A DNA stretch of 64,000 nt from a virus. Within the stretch, counting starts at the first letter, position 1. Each line of letters opens with the position of its first letter. The DNA lies in the IMG/VR virus record IMGVR_UViG_3300047476_001426, positions 72,486 through 136,485 of that record. One strand, given 5' to 3'. Under the pieces are notes generated by a model, which searched no databases, had not been told where the DNA came from, and saw nothing but the letters and a program-made list of their open reading frames with translations. The position numbers and the translations under genes were made by a program. This document shows, in pieces, positions 36,019 through 45,633 of the stretch.

Positions 36019-36035
36019 AAGGTCTTTATTTCATT

Positions 36036-36773
36036 TTAGAAAAATTTAGAAAATAATCCTGTTTTAGTTTTTTCCAAGTCAGTGTTTTTGACAAAAACAG
36101 TTTGTCTTCCCCATAAAACTTTTATGTAACCATTTTCCAAAAGATATGGGGTCAACAATCTATCTTTTCCACCCATATCAGTATCAAAGTCGGTATCGTC
36201 AATTGAAATTAAATGAATATCCGCCAATTTGTCTTTGGCGGCAATATACGCTTCTAAATGTTTTTCCGCAAAATCAGTAGTACCAACATCCCAACCATCT
36301 AAGAACAATAAATCAATTTTCTTATCAAAATTCTTCAAGAATTCAATTCCATCTTGAGGAATATGCATATGTAGATTACTTGGTATTGGTTCTTTAATGT
36401 GGTGTTGGTATGAACTTTGGATTTGCTCTAAACACATTGTATCAATATCAACAGTGTGTACCTCAAAACCTTCTCTTACCCAAAAATATGTTGAGTGTCC
36501 ATCTTGACAACACGGTGGTGCGTCCTTACTTTCTAATTTCATAGAATCATTGTGGTACGCAATACAATTTTGTGATAATTCTCTTCTTGTTGAACCAATT
36601 TCAACAACGACATTACCTTCAATTATTTTTAATAATTCCACGGTTTTTGTAATCCAAGGTGCTGGATAATTTCTTATACTATTTTCTTCGTGGGTTAAAC
36701 TATTATGGTCCCAATAGTATGTTGTTTTTTTGAAATTGTCACATGCTTTTAATACTTCTGTAAATTTGCTCAT
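36036..36773 (-). CDS. Class I SAM-dependent methyltransferase
   Basis: VVEIGS, IDLLFLDG, IDD. Confidence 0.7.
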   Translation of the reverse strand: MSKFTEVLKACDNFKKTTYYWDHNSLTHEENSIRNYPAPWITKTVELLKIIEGNVVVEIGSTRRELSQNCIAYHNDSMKLESKDAPPCCQDGHSTYFWVREGFEVHTVDIDTMCLEQIQSSYQHHIKEPIPSNLHMHIPQDGIEFLKNFDKKIDLLFLDGWDVGTTDFAEKHLEAYIAAKDKLADIHLISIDDTDFDTDMGGKDRLLTPYLLENGYIKVLWGRQTVFVKNTDLEKTKTGLFSKFF

Positions 36774-36785
36774 ATTTTTAATTTT

Positions 36786-38054
36786 TTAATTTTTTAAATT
36801 TATTTCTTTTCTTTCCACCCAACCTCTTTCAGGTGAGTGTGCCCAATAAACGACTCTTACTGGTTCTTTTTCAATTGTAAACATTTCTTCATAGTGAATT
36901 GGCCCATCACCATTCAAAAATCTTTGTAAATTATGACCGTCAATATATTTGTTAAATATTGATAGTCCGTCCTCATCATCATAAGCAACTAAAATAAAAT
37001 CATAATCGTTTTCTGGTAAATCATATCTATCTATGTTAACTAGATGATAAAAAGATTTCATAAATGATGATTCCCATTCCTCTTCACTATCAAATTGTGG
37101 ATTTGGTGGGAATTTATCATCAACTGTCCATTTTTGGAATGCTCTTTTTTTGAAATGTATGCCAGCATATTTCTCGTAATCTCGAACAGTCCTCACAGTA
37201 CCGAGTCCATATGGACCTAAATCGTGTCCGTTATCCTCAGTCCCTAATAATTGTCTAATTCTTGAACGAGCGATGTCATTACCTTTCCACCACATACTTT
37301 CACCTCGTTTATGTTGGTCATCCCAAACCAATTTACCTGCACGTTCTTCTCTCATGGTTGCGTGCCATATAACAACTTCATGTGGATGAAATAAATCATA
37401 ACCATATGTGTAACTTCTAACTGATAAGTTGATTTCTTCACCCGCGAAAAATATATTTGGGTCGTGTCTTACTTCTTTTGCCCATTGATTTGGACCAAAA
37501 CAAAAATGTCCACTAATAAATCGAGCGGGATATGGTTTTGTTAAATGTTGCCAACCACCTCTAACCGCGGATGGTCTAATAAAAATAGTTCCATGTGGGT
37601 AGAAACATTCAGCCCTCGAAAACCACGGTTCTTGGACTCTTTTCTCAGGGTCGTTGAATGGGTCATAGTACGGTAAATAACCACAGATTAATGGATTGTG
37701 TCCATCATTCTTTAATTCCTCATACCATCCAATTAATTTAGAATCCCAATTTTCTGAAAATCTATGATGTGAATCTAATTGACAAACAAAATCCTCATCC
37801 GTTAACAGTTCTTCATTTATTACCGAGCGAGCATACGCTAACCCCTTTGCCTCAGTATAAAGAATATCTTTAATTTTAAATCTCGGGTCATCTCTATATT
37901 CATCAACATTATCAAATCCATCTTCAGGATTGAATTGTCTACATATACCAAAATGAATTCTTTCAGGGAATTCGGCGTTCTCTAAAGCACTTTTTATTGT
38001 TGGTATTAATTCGGGTTCTCTATACGCAGGTAAATGAACTAATATTTTCTTCAT
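36786..38054 (-). CDS. GlcNAc-transferase (Skp1 Gnt1-like family)
   Basis: AYREPEL, GLAYAR, QLDSHHRF, FAGEE. Confidence 0.8.
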   Translation of the reverse strand: MKKILVHLPAYREPELIPTIKSALENAEFPERIHFGICRQFNPEDGFDNVDEYRDDPRFKIKDILYTEAKGLAYARSVINEELLTDEDFVCQLDSHHRFSENWDSKLIGWYEELKNDGHNPLICGYLPYYDPFNDPEKRVQEPWFSRAECFYPHGTIFIRPSAVRGGWQHLTKPYPARFISGHFCFGPNQWAKEVRHDPNIFFAGEEINLSVRSYTYGYDLFHPHEVVIWHATMREERAGKLVWDDQHKRGESMWWKGNDIARSRIRQLLGTEDNGHDLGPYGLGTVRTVRDYEKYAGIHFKKRAFQKWTVDDKFPPNPQFDSEEEWESSFMKSFYHLVNIDRYDLPENDYDFILVAYDDEDGLSIFNKYIDGHNLQRFLNGDGPIHYEEMFTIEKEPVRVVYWAHSPERGWVERKEINLKN

Positions 38055-38063
38055 ATAATTTTT

Positions 38064-39320
38064 TTATAATGTTCCTTCTAATCTATTACACCAACCATGT
38101 TCTTGGGAGTGTGGCCATACATACCATTTAGCTGGTTTTTTATCAGTTTCAAAACTTCTCCATAGTTTACAATAACCATCAATGTCATTTTTCATATTTC
38201 GAATCTCATCAGGGTTAGCGTCTTGTCTAAAGATTTCATTACCATCCTCATCATCAAACGATACCGCCCAAAAAGTATAATCGTCATGTGGAACATCGTG
38301 ATAACCAATATCAATACAATGTTTAAACATGAAAGTAAATGAATTATCGTATTCTATTTGGTCTTCGATGTATGGGTTTGGTGGGTGATTAAATTCTAAA
38401 GTGAATTTTTGTGCTGCTCTCTTTTTAAAAGAGATACCCGAATACCTTTCGTATTGGTCCAAGGTTCTGTTTTTACCAAATCCAAACTCACCGAAATTAA
38501 TTTCTTTACCGTCATCTTCCATTCCGAATAACTTCCTATTCTTATAGTGACTGTATTCATTTCTCTTGTGCCAAACGGGGTCATCATCCCATTGTTTAGT
38601 GGAACCTTTTCTTGTGTAATAGTGCCAAATCAAAACTCTATGTAAATGAAATAAGTCATATCCGTGAGTATATGCCCTAACAGAGATTGAGATTTCTTCA
38701 CCATGAAAATAATAATCGGGGTCATGTTGTACCTCTAAAGCAAATTGTCCGAGTGTAAAACAAAAATGTGCGGAATAAAATCTGGCATGAACGGGTTCTG
38801 TTCTTTCTTTAAAATCATCAATAGACGCTGGTAAAAAATGGACATTACCATCAGGACTGAATCTATCAAAATTCATTTTCCAAGGAACGTGTAATCTACC
38901 TTTTGGGTCGTTATCTGGTTCATACGATGGTATGTAACCAGTCAACATTGGTTTTTTATGTCCCTTTTCTTGTAATCTTTTTAATTCACCAATTAACTCG
39001 GTGTCCCAATTCTTTGTAAACCTGTGATGTGAATCCAATTGTAGTGTGTATTCTTCACCACCGTATTGTTGTTGTAACATGTATCTTGCCCAACACGGAC
39101 CTTTCGCTTTGGTATAATCAATATCAATTATTTTAAATCGAGGGTCACATTTATATTCATCTAAATTATCCCACTCATCTTCTTTGGAGTGTTGCCATGC
39201 AATTGAGAAGACTAAATTTTCGGGATGTTTAGCTTTCTTGATACAATCTTTTAAGGTTGGCAGTAGTTCCTTATCCCTATATGCTGCCATTTGTATAAAA
39301 ATCTTTCCGTTACCAGACAT
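38064..39320 (-). CDS. GlcNAc-transferase (Skp1 Gnt1-like family), paralog
   Basis: AAYRD.EL, GPCWAR, QLDSHHRF, FHGEE. Confidence 0.82.
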   Translation of the reverse strand: MSGNGKIFIQMAAYRDKELLPTLKDCIKKAKHPENLVFSIAWQHSKEDEWDNLDEYKCDPRFKIIDIDYTKAKGPCWARYMLQQQYGGEEYTLQLDSHHRFTKNWDTELIGELKRLQEKGHKKPMLTGYIPSYEPDNDPKGRLHVPWKMNFDRFSPDGNVHFLPASIDDFKERTEPVHARFYSAHFCFTLGQFALEVQHDPDYYFHGEEISISVRAYTHGYDLFHLHRVLIWHYYTRKGSTKQWDDDPVWHKRNEYSHYKNRKLFGMEDDGKEINFGEFGFGKNRTLDQYERYSGISFKKRAAQKFTLEFNHPPNPYIEDQIEYDNSFTFMFKHCIDIGYHDVPHDDYTFWAVSFDDEDGNEIFRQDANPDEIRNMKNDIDGYCKLWRSFETDKKPAKWYVWPHSQEHGWCNRLEGTL

Positions 39321-39421
39321 ACTATAAACTTTTCTAAAAAATAGTAATTTTCCCCATCAATGTCAAGAGGTCTTTGTTTTTTCACCTTTATTTCATATAC
39401 TTTATTTAGATACAGAAACAA

Positions 39422-39787
39422 ATGAAGAACATTTACCAACCCATCGTCTTAGAAAAGGCGAATGCTATCATATCAATATTACGAGAATCGGATTTTTTTG
39501 TTGAATATGAAATTGAGGATGAGACCTTTGCTATGAATTATTTTTGTGATAAACTAACCACAAAATTCATTAATGGTGAATTAGATGAAGACTCAATAGA
39601 AAATCTTTTCAATGAAGAAGATATGGACCAATTTCTACGAGAAATTATTGCGGGTAGTTTATTATATGAGCTACAAGAACAAGGAATTCTCGATTCTATA
39701 GAAGATGAAAATAATGAAGAAAGATTTTTTCTAACTGAGAAAGGTAAAGAAATTGCGAAAAATCTCGGAGAGAAAACGCAAGAATAA
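39422..39787 (+). CDS. Acidic hypothetical protein, possible winged-helix C-terminus
   Basis: LQEQGILDS..FFLTEKGKE. Confidence 0.65.
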   Translation: MKNIYQPIVLEKANAIISILRESDFFVEYEIEDETFAMNYFCDKLTTKFINGELDEDSIENLFNEEDMDQFLREIIAGSLLYELQEQGILDSIEDENNEERFFLTEKGKEIAKNLGEKTQE

Positions 39788-39789
39788 AA

Positions 39790-40122
39790 TTATTTTATTT
39801 TTTTATCCTCAGTTTGGGTTTGATTCAGACTCTTCTTGTGTGTTTTGACTTTATCTTTTAGAACTTTCAAAGTGGAATGGGCCGTGGTTAAGCTATCAGA
39901 TATTATTTTTACCCTACCATTAGTTACGGTTTTTAAACCATCAGGTATAGAATCTTGCAACTGTCTCAATTCTTTAATTGTTTCAGACAATTGACTTTCA
40001 AGCTCATCCATTTTAAATTGAACTCTATTATAATCATTCCTATTCACTTTAGAAACTTCTTCAGATAATATGTTTCTAAGTATACCTAATACTGTATTTT
40101 CATTGATTTTGTTGGATTCCAT
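39790..40122 (-). CDS. Coiled-coil hypothetical protein
   Basis: 110 aa; LSEE leader; TATTTATA upstream. Confidence 0.7.
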   Translation of the reverse strand: MESNKINENTVLGILRNILSEEVSKVNRNDYNRVQFKMDELESQLSETIKELRQLQDSIPDGLKTVTNGRVKIISDSLTTAHSTLKVLKDKVKTHKKSLNQTQTEDKKIK

Positions 40123-40206
40123 ATCTTATAAATATCTTTGTTTGGGTGTTTGGTTATTTAAAAATTATTACCTACCTTTTAATAAATAATACAAAAAAGA
40201 ATTAAA

Positions 40207-41259
40207 ATGCAATTATTTGATTTTGATGACATTCTGATTGAACCGTCCACATTAACGGACATTCGCAGTCGTAAAATAATCTCCTCGAGATATGAAAATG
40301 GTATGCTACCAATAATGACAGCACCCATGGACACCGTTGTTGACTTACAAAACCACAACCTATTCAAAAAGAATGGTATTTTACCAGTTTTACCAAGAAT
40401 CCAAAATCCATCAGAGGATTGGATTGACACGGGGTTGTTTTTATCATATAGTTTGGAAGATTTTGAAAGATTATTTATGAAATCAACAATCCAAATCCCA
40501 AAAGAATCCTCAGCCCTTGTTTTGATTGATATCGCTAACGGTCACATGAGAGACCTTCACACAATTTCCAAAGAAGCTAAGAAAAAATATGGAAATGAGA
40601 TTACATTAATGGTTGGTAATGTTGCAAACCCCGATACTTTTTATGAATACTGTTTATCCGGAATGGATTATGTTCGTATTGGTATTGGTAACGGGAATGG
40701 TTGTTTAACTACCGTCCAAACAGGTGTTGGTTACCCAATGGCGTCTTTAATTCAAGAGTGTAATAAAGTAAAAACAGGTCAGTCTTGGATTAAAACCAAG
40801 ATAGTTGCAGATGGTGGTTTTAAAAAATATTCAGATGTCATTAAAGCGTTGGCTTTAGGTGCTGACTATGTTATGTTGGGGTCAATCCTTAATAAGGCTC
40901 TTGAGAGTTGCGGGGAAACCACAAGAGTTGCAGATGCGTTAGGTAATCATGAAACCATCAATCAATATGATGATTTAGCAATTACGATGTTTAATTCTGA
41001 CATCCCACTCTATAAAGTTTTTAGAGGTATGAGTACAAAAGAAGTTCAAAAAAATTGGGGTAAAACCGAATTAACTACTTCAGAAGGTGTTGTTAGACAA
41101 CAAAAAGTTGAGTACACATTGAATGGTTGGGTAAATAATTTTGAATCGTATTTAAAATCTGCAATGAGTTACACAGGAAAAAAAGAACTCCACCAATTTA
41201 TAGGTGGAGTCAAGTGTAATCACATTTCAATGAATGCGTTTAAAAGATTCGATAAGTAA
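40207..41259 (+). CDS. IMP dehydrogenase/GMP reductase family protein
   Basis: APMDTV, DIANG, GIG.G.GCLT, ADGG, RGM, EG. Confidence 0.88.
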   Translation: MQLFDFDDILIEPSTLTDIRSRKIISSRYENGMLPIMTAPMDTVVDLQNHNLFKKNGILPVLPRIQNPSEDWIDTGLFLSYSLEDFERLFMKSTIQIPKESSALVLIDIANGHMRDLHTISKEAKKKYGNEITLMVGNVANPDTFYEYCLSGMDYVRIGIGNGNGCLTTVQTGVGYPMASLIQECNKVKTGQSWIKTKIVADGGFKKYSDVIKALALGADYVMLGSILNKALESCGETTRVADALGNHETINQYDDLAITMFNSDIPLYKVFRGMSTKEVQKNWGKTELTTSEGVVRQQKVEYTLNGWVNNFESYLKSAMSYTGKKELHQFIGGVKCNHISMNAFKRFDK

Positions 41260-41496
41260 TTATTCTACTCTGAATTCGTTATCTTCAGAACTACTAATTG
41301 CGTTGTCTCTTTTCATACCTTCTTTAATGTAGGTACGTATAAGTTTTGATACGCTCATGTTCTTTTTGCTTGCAACCTTTTCAATTTCACGAAAGTATGC
41401 TGGTACCACTCTAAACGATAACATCTGAACCAATTGTTTAGATTTTGGTGTTTCAGGACTTTTCAATTCTTCTTTAAATTCTTTATTTTCCATCAT
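41260..41496 (-). CDS. Ribbon-helix-helix-like small DNA-binding protein
   Basis: LSFRV..IEKVA..MSVSKLIR. Confidence 0.6.
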   Translation of the reverse strand: MMENKEFKEELKSPETPKSKQLVQMLSFRVVPAYFREIEKVASKKNMSVSKLIRTYIKEGMKRDNAISSSEDNEFRVE

Positions 41497-41568
41497 TCGG
41501 ATTTTTATATAAATATTTGGATTTACGGGTTTTTTTCAGTATCTTTTAAATAATAAATCAAATATAAT

Positions 41569-41928
41569 ATGTCAACAGAAAAAAGTCAACCAATTAGTGC
41601 GGTTAAAGCTTGTGAGGAACGTTATCCTGAGACCACCGCTGAATTTAAAAAGATTCTAAAAGAACAGTACGAACTCTTTTGTAAAAAACAAATGAATTAT
41701 GGTCCTGATAATATTTCAGTGGGTACAAGATTAGAGACTCCTGAGGAAATAAAATTATCACAAACAGGTCTATGGTTTAGAATGAACGATAAAATCCAAA
41801 GACTTAAACAATTGGTGTTGTTGGGTAAAGAGGATACCGTGGGAGAAAGTATTGAAGACACTTATTCAGACCTTTCAGTTTATGGTGTAATTGCACAAAT
41901 TGTTAGTCGAGGTAAATGGGCTAAATAA
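41569..41928 (+). CDS. Nucleotide modification-associated domain 1 (DUF1599)-like protein
   Basis: KKQMNYG, RMNDKIQRL, DTY.DL..YGVI. Confidence 0.75.
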   Translation: MSTEKSQPISAVKACEERYPETTAEFKKILKEQYELFCKKQMNYGPDNISVGTRLETPEEIKLSQTGLWFRMNDKIQRLKQLVLLGKEDTVGESIEDTYSDLSVYGVIAQIVSRGKWAK

Positions 41929-42041
41929 ATTATTTATTATGTTGGTATACAACATTTTAACTAAAATAAAGGGGGTTCAGACCCCCTTTCTATTTTTTTA
42001 AATAAAATAATAAAATATTTATATAGAAACGGGAGGTCAAC

Positions 42042-42398
42042 ATGAATACAAAACAATCGGTAGCAGTAACAAAATTTTTGGACTCATTAAGTAAGAACGT
42101 ACTTCAAAACGTTTCGGTCGATAATTATTTCTCATTTTCACAAGAAAAGAAGATGACCACCCAATATTTGATACTTAAATTAATTATTAAATCCATGGGG
42201 GTAAAATTGAAAGTAAATGACGATATTTTACCAAACTTAATAAAATCTCTTAGAGAAAGAAATGAAGAGATTGAAAATTATGAATTTGCGGAAACTTTAA
42301 AAAATATTGAGTCTAATATGGAAACATTATTAGATTTAAACACAACAAACATAAAGACAAAGAGAACAATCAAGACAAACAAACCAAATGACGCGTAA
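42042..42398 (+). CDS. Hypothetical protein
   Basis: 118 aa ORF. Confidence 0.65.
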   Translation: MNTKQSVAVTKFLDSLSKNVLQNVSVDNYFSFSQEKKMTTQYLILKLIIKSMGVKLKVNDDILPNLIKSLRERNEEIENYEFAETLKNIESNMETLLDLNTTNIKTKRTIKTNKPNDA

Positions 42399-42789
42399 AA
42401 GAAATATTGACGAAGAGTTAAAAATTTCTTACACCAAAATGGCACTCGACTGGTGTGTTGAAAACTTAGGTATTAACACCCGAAAAAGAAAAAAGTTAAT
42501 TCTAGAAATTAATTGTAAAAATTTTTCTGAAGGTCAAACAATCTATTATGGTAAGTACTGTTTTAATCAAAACAAAATCATTATTTATATTACAAGTTGT
42601 GAAACCATTGATGACGTTATATCCACAATGATTCATGAGTACACCCATTATTTACAATCAAGCTCCTTATATCGATATTACTCCACATGTTACTATTATT
42701 CTCAAAACCCATGTGAAAGACAGGCGAAAAGAAATGAGGCAAAATACACTAAGGAGTGTTTTAAAGAAATAAAAAAATTAATCAGGTAA
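42388..42789 (+). CDS. Zincin/SprT-like metallopeptidase domain protein
   Basis: IHEYTHYLQ, NPCE..A. Confidence 0.7.
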   Translation: MTRKRNIDEELKISYTKMALDWCVENLGINTRKRKKLILEINCKNFSEGQTIYYGKYCFNQNKIIIYITSCETIDDVISTMIHEYTHYLQSSSLYRYYSTCYYYSQNPCERQAKRNEAKYTKECFKEIKKLIR

Positions 42790-42987
42790 TATTTCCGCGT
42801 CAGGAATTTCAACTAAAAACAAAAGAAAATTCTCATTAGTTTGTTGATACATTTGACGAACTACATTATCGCAATTCCAATATTTTCTTAATTCGTCTAT
42901 AAATTCAGGTTTGACGTGTTTTTCTCTTACCTTTCTCTCGATAAAGTATAGTTTGTCTTGAAAATTAAATAATTCTTTTTTGAACAT
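42778..42987 (-). CDS. Hypothetical protein
   Basis: Start at MFKKELF, just after the upstream stop. Confidence 0.6.
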   Translation of the reverse strand: MFKKELFNFQDKLYFIERKVREKHVKPEFIDELRKYWNCDNVVRQMYQQTNENFLLFLVEIPDAEILPD

Positions 42988-42988
42988 A

Positions 42989-43591
42989 TTAGTGTTTACA
43001 TGTAATTTGGTGTTCACCCCATTTTTTCAATGGTTTCTTATTTTCAAATTTGTAACAAGTCCATTTTTTGCTCTTATCAAAATAAATGTGTTTCACAAAA
43101 AAACTCGGAACTGTTGCACCTGTAGATAATTTCTGTGAATTTTTATCAAAAATCAAGTCTATTTTTATTGTTAAAGGTTCTTTATCATCCCACACTCTCT
43201 CTTGTTCTTCTAAAAGTCTCCATTCACCCCTATTCAAATCTTGATGTTGTAAAGCACAGTTTAAATAACTAAAGGTTTGTTTTAAGTTTACCATATTATC
43301 TGAAAATGTCGCCGCAGGTGCTAAATGACCTTTATCCCAAACATTATTTTTATAATCATGGTTGTCAGAAGTATGGATTCCTTGTTCAGAATAAAAATCC
43401 ATTGAACCCCTATTAACATTGGTTGGTCTATTTGTTGATTTATAGATTAACCAAATTGGTTCTTCTAAGGTTTGTGAGTAATGTACCTCAAAAACATTGT
43501 TCTTTATGTGTACAACGTCTTTTTCAGTAGTAGATGAGGTTACAATTAGTAACGAAAAAAATAAAATTGTTAAGATTAATGGTTTTTTCAT
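42989..43591 (-). CDS. DNA/RNA non-specific endonuclease with signal peptide
   Basis: DKGHLAP, NCALQ..LNRGEW..LE. Confidence 0.85.
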   Translation of the reverse strand: MKKPLILTILFFSLLIVTSSTTEKDVVHIKNNVFEVHYSQTLEEPIWLIYKSTNRPTNVNRGSMDFYSEQGIHTSDNHDYKNNVWDKGHLAPAATFSDNMVNLKQTFSYLNCALQHQDLNRGEWRLLEEQERVWDDKEPLTIKIDLIFDKNSQKLSTGATVPSFFVKHIYFDKSKKWTCYKFENKKPLKKWGEHQITCKH

Positions 43592-44142
43592 AGTTGGTTG
43601 GTTAGTATATAACTAAATATACTCTCCGCGGTATTTTTACCAACTGAAAATTCAACATAGGGTATCAAATGAGACTCTAACCTATCCTTAATTACCTCAT
43701 CAATTTCTTTCGATTCGTCTAAATTTTGGAATCTACCATTTTCATTAAATGTGGTATCATCTCTTTTTAAAACTATGTTTAAATTGTTGTATTTTTTGAA
43801 TAACTTAAAAATAAAATAATCAAATGAGTCGTCATAAAAGGTTGCGGGGTACTCAGGACTATCATTGTATATGTCCTTATAAACGGTACCCAAAATTATC
43901 GGTGAATCAACAATAATATATTTTACTTTACCATATAATCTACTGATATTTCTATGTTGATTGGCGGTAACAAAGAATTGGTCTTTTATTGTTGAATAAT
44001 TTTCTTCCCATGCAACAATTTTCGGGTATTCAAAGGTCAATTCTACGTCCATGTGATTTTTTTTCATTAAAGTGAATAATTCAGCACTTTGGGTTGATTT
44101 ACCAATGCCGGGACCACCAAAAAAATTAATAATCACACTCAT
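43588..44142 (-). CDS. P-loop NTPase/nucleotide kinase (AAA_28-like)
   Basis: GGPGIGKST Walker A, DSP, GRFQ. Confidence 0.8.
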   Translation of the reverse strand: MSVIINFFGGPGIGKSTQSAELFTLMKKNHMDVELTFEYPKIVAWEENYSTIKDQFFVTANQHRNISRLYGKVKYIIVDSPIILGTVYKDIYNDSPEYPATFYDDSFDYFIFKLFKKYNNLNIVLKRDDTTFNENGRFQNLDESKEIDEVIKDRLESHLIPYVEFSVGKNTAESIFSYILTNQL

Positions 44143-44225
44143 TTTAATAATATAAAAAAATTCTATCGGATAAAAAAGTGAAAAACACTTCATATCGATA
44201 TATTTATAGAATAAAAATCCGAAAT

Positions 44226-44573
44226 ATGGACGTAAATTCATTCTACACGGTACTTATTACCACGATAACAGTTTTAGGTTCCGCAAGTGCGTGGAGATAC
44301 TACGAAAAAAGGGCCATGAGAAAAGAAAAATCTGAAGATTATATGAAAGACGAATGTAGAGAACGAATTGCCAAATTAGAGGTACTATTGGAAAGGTCAT
44401 CTTCTGAAAAAGATGATTTAAGGTCTAAGATTTTGGATTTAACTAGAGAAGTTGCTGAACTTAGGGTAAAAGTTGAGTTTTTAGAAAACAAAAACAAAGA
44501 GTTAAAAAAGAAGACTGAGGTTATTGTTCCTGTTGCACCAGTAAAAAGAGGTAGAAAACCTAAAACCACCTAA
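44226..44573 (+). CDS. N-terminal TM plus coiled-coil protein
   Basis: YTVLITTITVLGSASAW then heptad repeats. Confidence 0.65.
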   Translation: MDVNSFYTVLITTITVLGSASAWRYYEKRAMRKEKSEDYMKDECRERIAKLEVLLERSSSEKDDLRSKILDLTREVAELRVKVEFLENKNKELKKKTEVIVPVAPVKRGRKPKTT

Positions 44574-45136
44574 CAATCTTTAGTTAGGGTATCAAACACT
44601 AAAATTATTTCACTCATCGAGTCATAAGAGAAACATTCTGAATATCCAGAAAAGTTTTCCAAAAGGGGTTTAAATTTTTTTACACCCCTTTTTTTATTTA
44701 ACTTGTCCTTTATCTGTTCCTCTAATTTTTCAGCATCTTTAGTGTCAATCCTCCTCAATATAGTTTCTAATGTATAACCTTCATAACCATAATCTTTACT
44801 AAATCTACGAAGAATAAAACGTTTCGAGGTTATCCCAACTTTAACAAATGTTTTACCTGTTTTTTCCTCTTTCATCACAATGAGGTACAGTGATTTGGGT
44901 AACTTCTCAAGTTTTTTCTTTTTATTCATTGAATGTTTGGTTATTTTATTTTGTGCATATTTCTTAGCATCCTCTAAATTTTTAAATTCTTTAACATCTC
45001 TATTTGGATTCGGAAAATATTTTTTGAACCTATTAGAATATATTATCTTTCCACTGTCAGCAACAAAAACCTTATTTTTAGTTGTAACCCTTTCATATAT
45101 TGAATAGAATCCAACTTTGAGTATTAACTTATCCAT
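44570..45136 (-). CDS. GIY-YIG-like (T5orf172-type) nuclease domain protein
   Basis: LYLIV..FVKVGIT..RRF..LE..GYSECF. Confidence 0.65.
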   Translation of the reverse strand: MDKLILKVGFYSIYERVTTKNKVFVADSGKIIYSNRFKKYFPNPNRDVKEFKNLEDAKKYAQNKITKHSMNKKKKLEKLPKSLYLIVMKEEKTGKTFVKVGITSKRFILRRFSKDYGYEGYTLETILRRIDTKDAEKLEEQIKDKLNKKRGVKKFKPLLENFSGYSECFSYDSMSEIILVFDTLTKDC

Positions 45137-45235
45137 ATAAATTTATTTAGATTATACATATTTCATTTTTTTATTTGGGATATAACAAGAATATCAAAAA
45201 AAGTATTATCTTTGTATTCAAATTAAAAGTATCTA

Positions 45236-45580
45236 ATGGAAAAACACAAGAAATGCACAGGGTGTAAGGGTGAATTCCCCATTACCAATTTCTACAAAAA
45301 CAAACTAATTCATGACGGTCACAGTAATTATTGTATTGATTGTACCAAAGTGAATTCAAAGAAGTACTTCCAAAGAAAAAAAGAACGCACCGTCAAGGTG
45401 GAAAACGAAAACCTTTTAAAATTGGTTCTATTGAACAACTATCAACAAGAAACCGCATCCCCACAAGCTGACAATCTCATGAAAATCCTGATGATTGAAA
45501 AAATGTGTAAAAACGTTTTAGACGAAATTGAAAACCTAAAACGGAGTTTTGTAAAAACAGAAACCGAAGTTGTAGAATAA
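45236..45580 (+). CDS. Zinc-binding protein (CxxC..F...CxxC)
   Basis: KCTGCK..FYKNK..DGHSNYCIDC. Confidence 0.7.
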   Translation: MEKHKKCTGCKGEFPITNFYKNKLIHDGHSNYCIDCTKVNSKKYFQRKKERTVKVENENLLKLVLLNNYQQETASPQADNLMKILMIEKMCKNVLDEIENLKRSFVKTETEVVE

Positions 45581-45633
45581 TTATATACAAACCCAATTTA
45601 TTGGGTATTTATAGTATATAATTATTTTTAACA

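Noticed and set aside
43442-43451. Another TAGATTAAC string
   Set aside because: Lies antisense to the nuclease gene and is not in a coding frame
44339-44569. 76-aa in-frame extension after the TAG of 44570-45136
   Set aside because: It is exactly antisense to the convincing gene 44226-44573 and has low-complexity shadow composition
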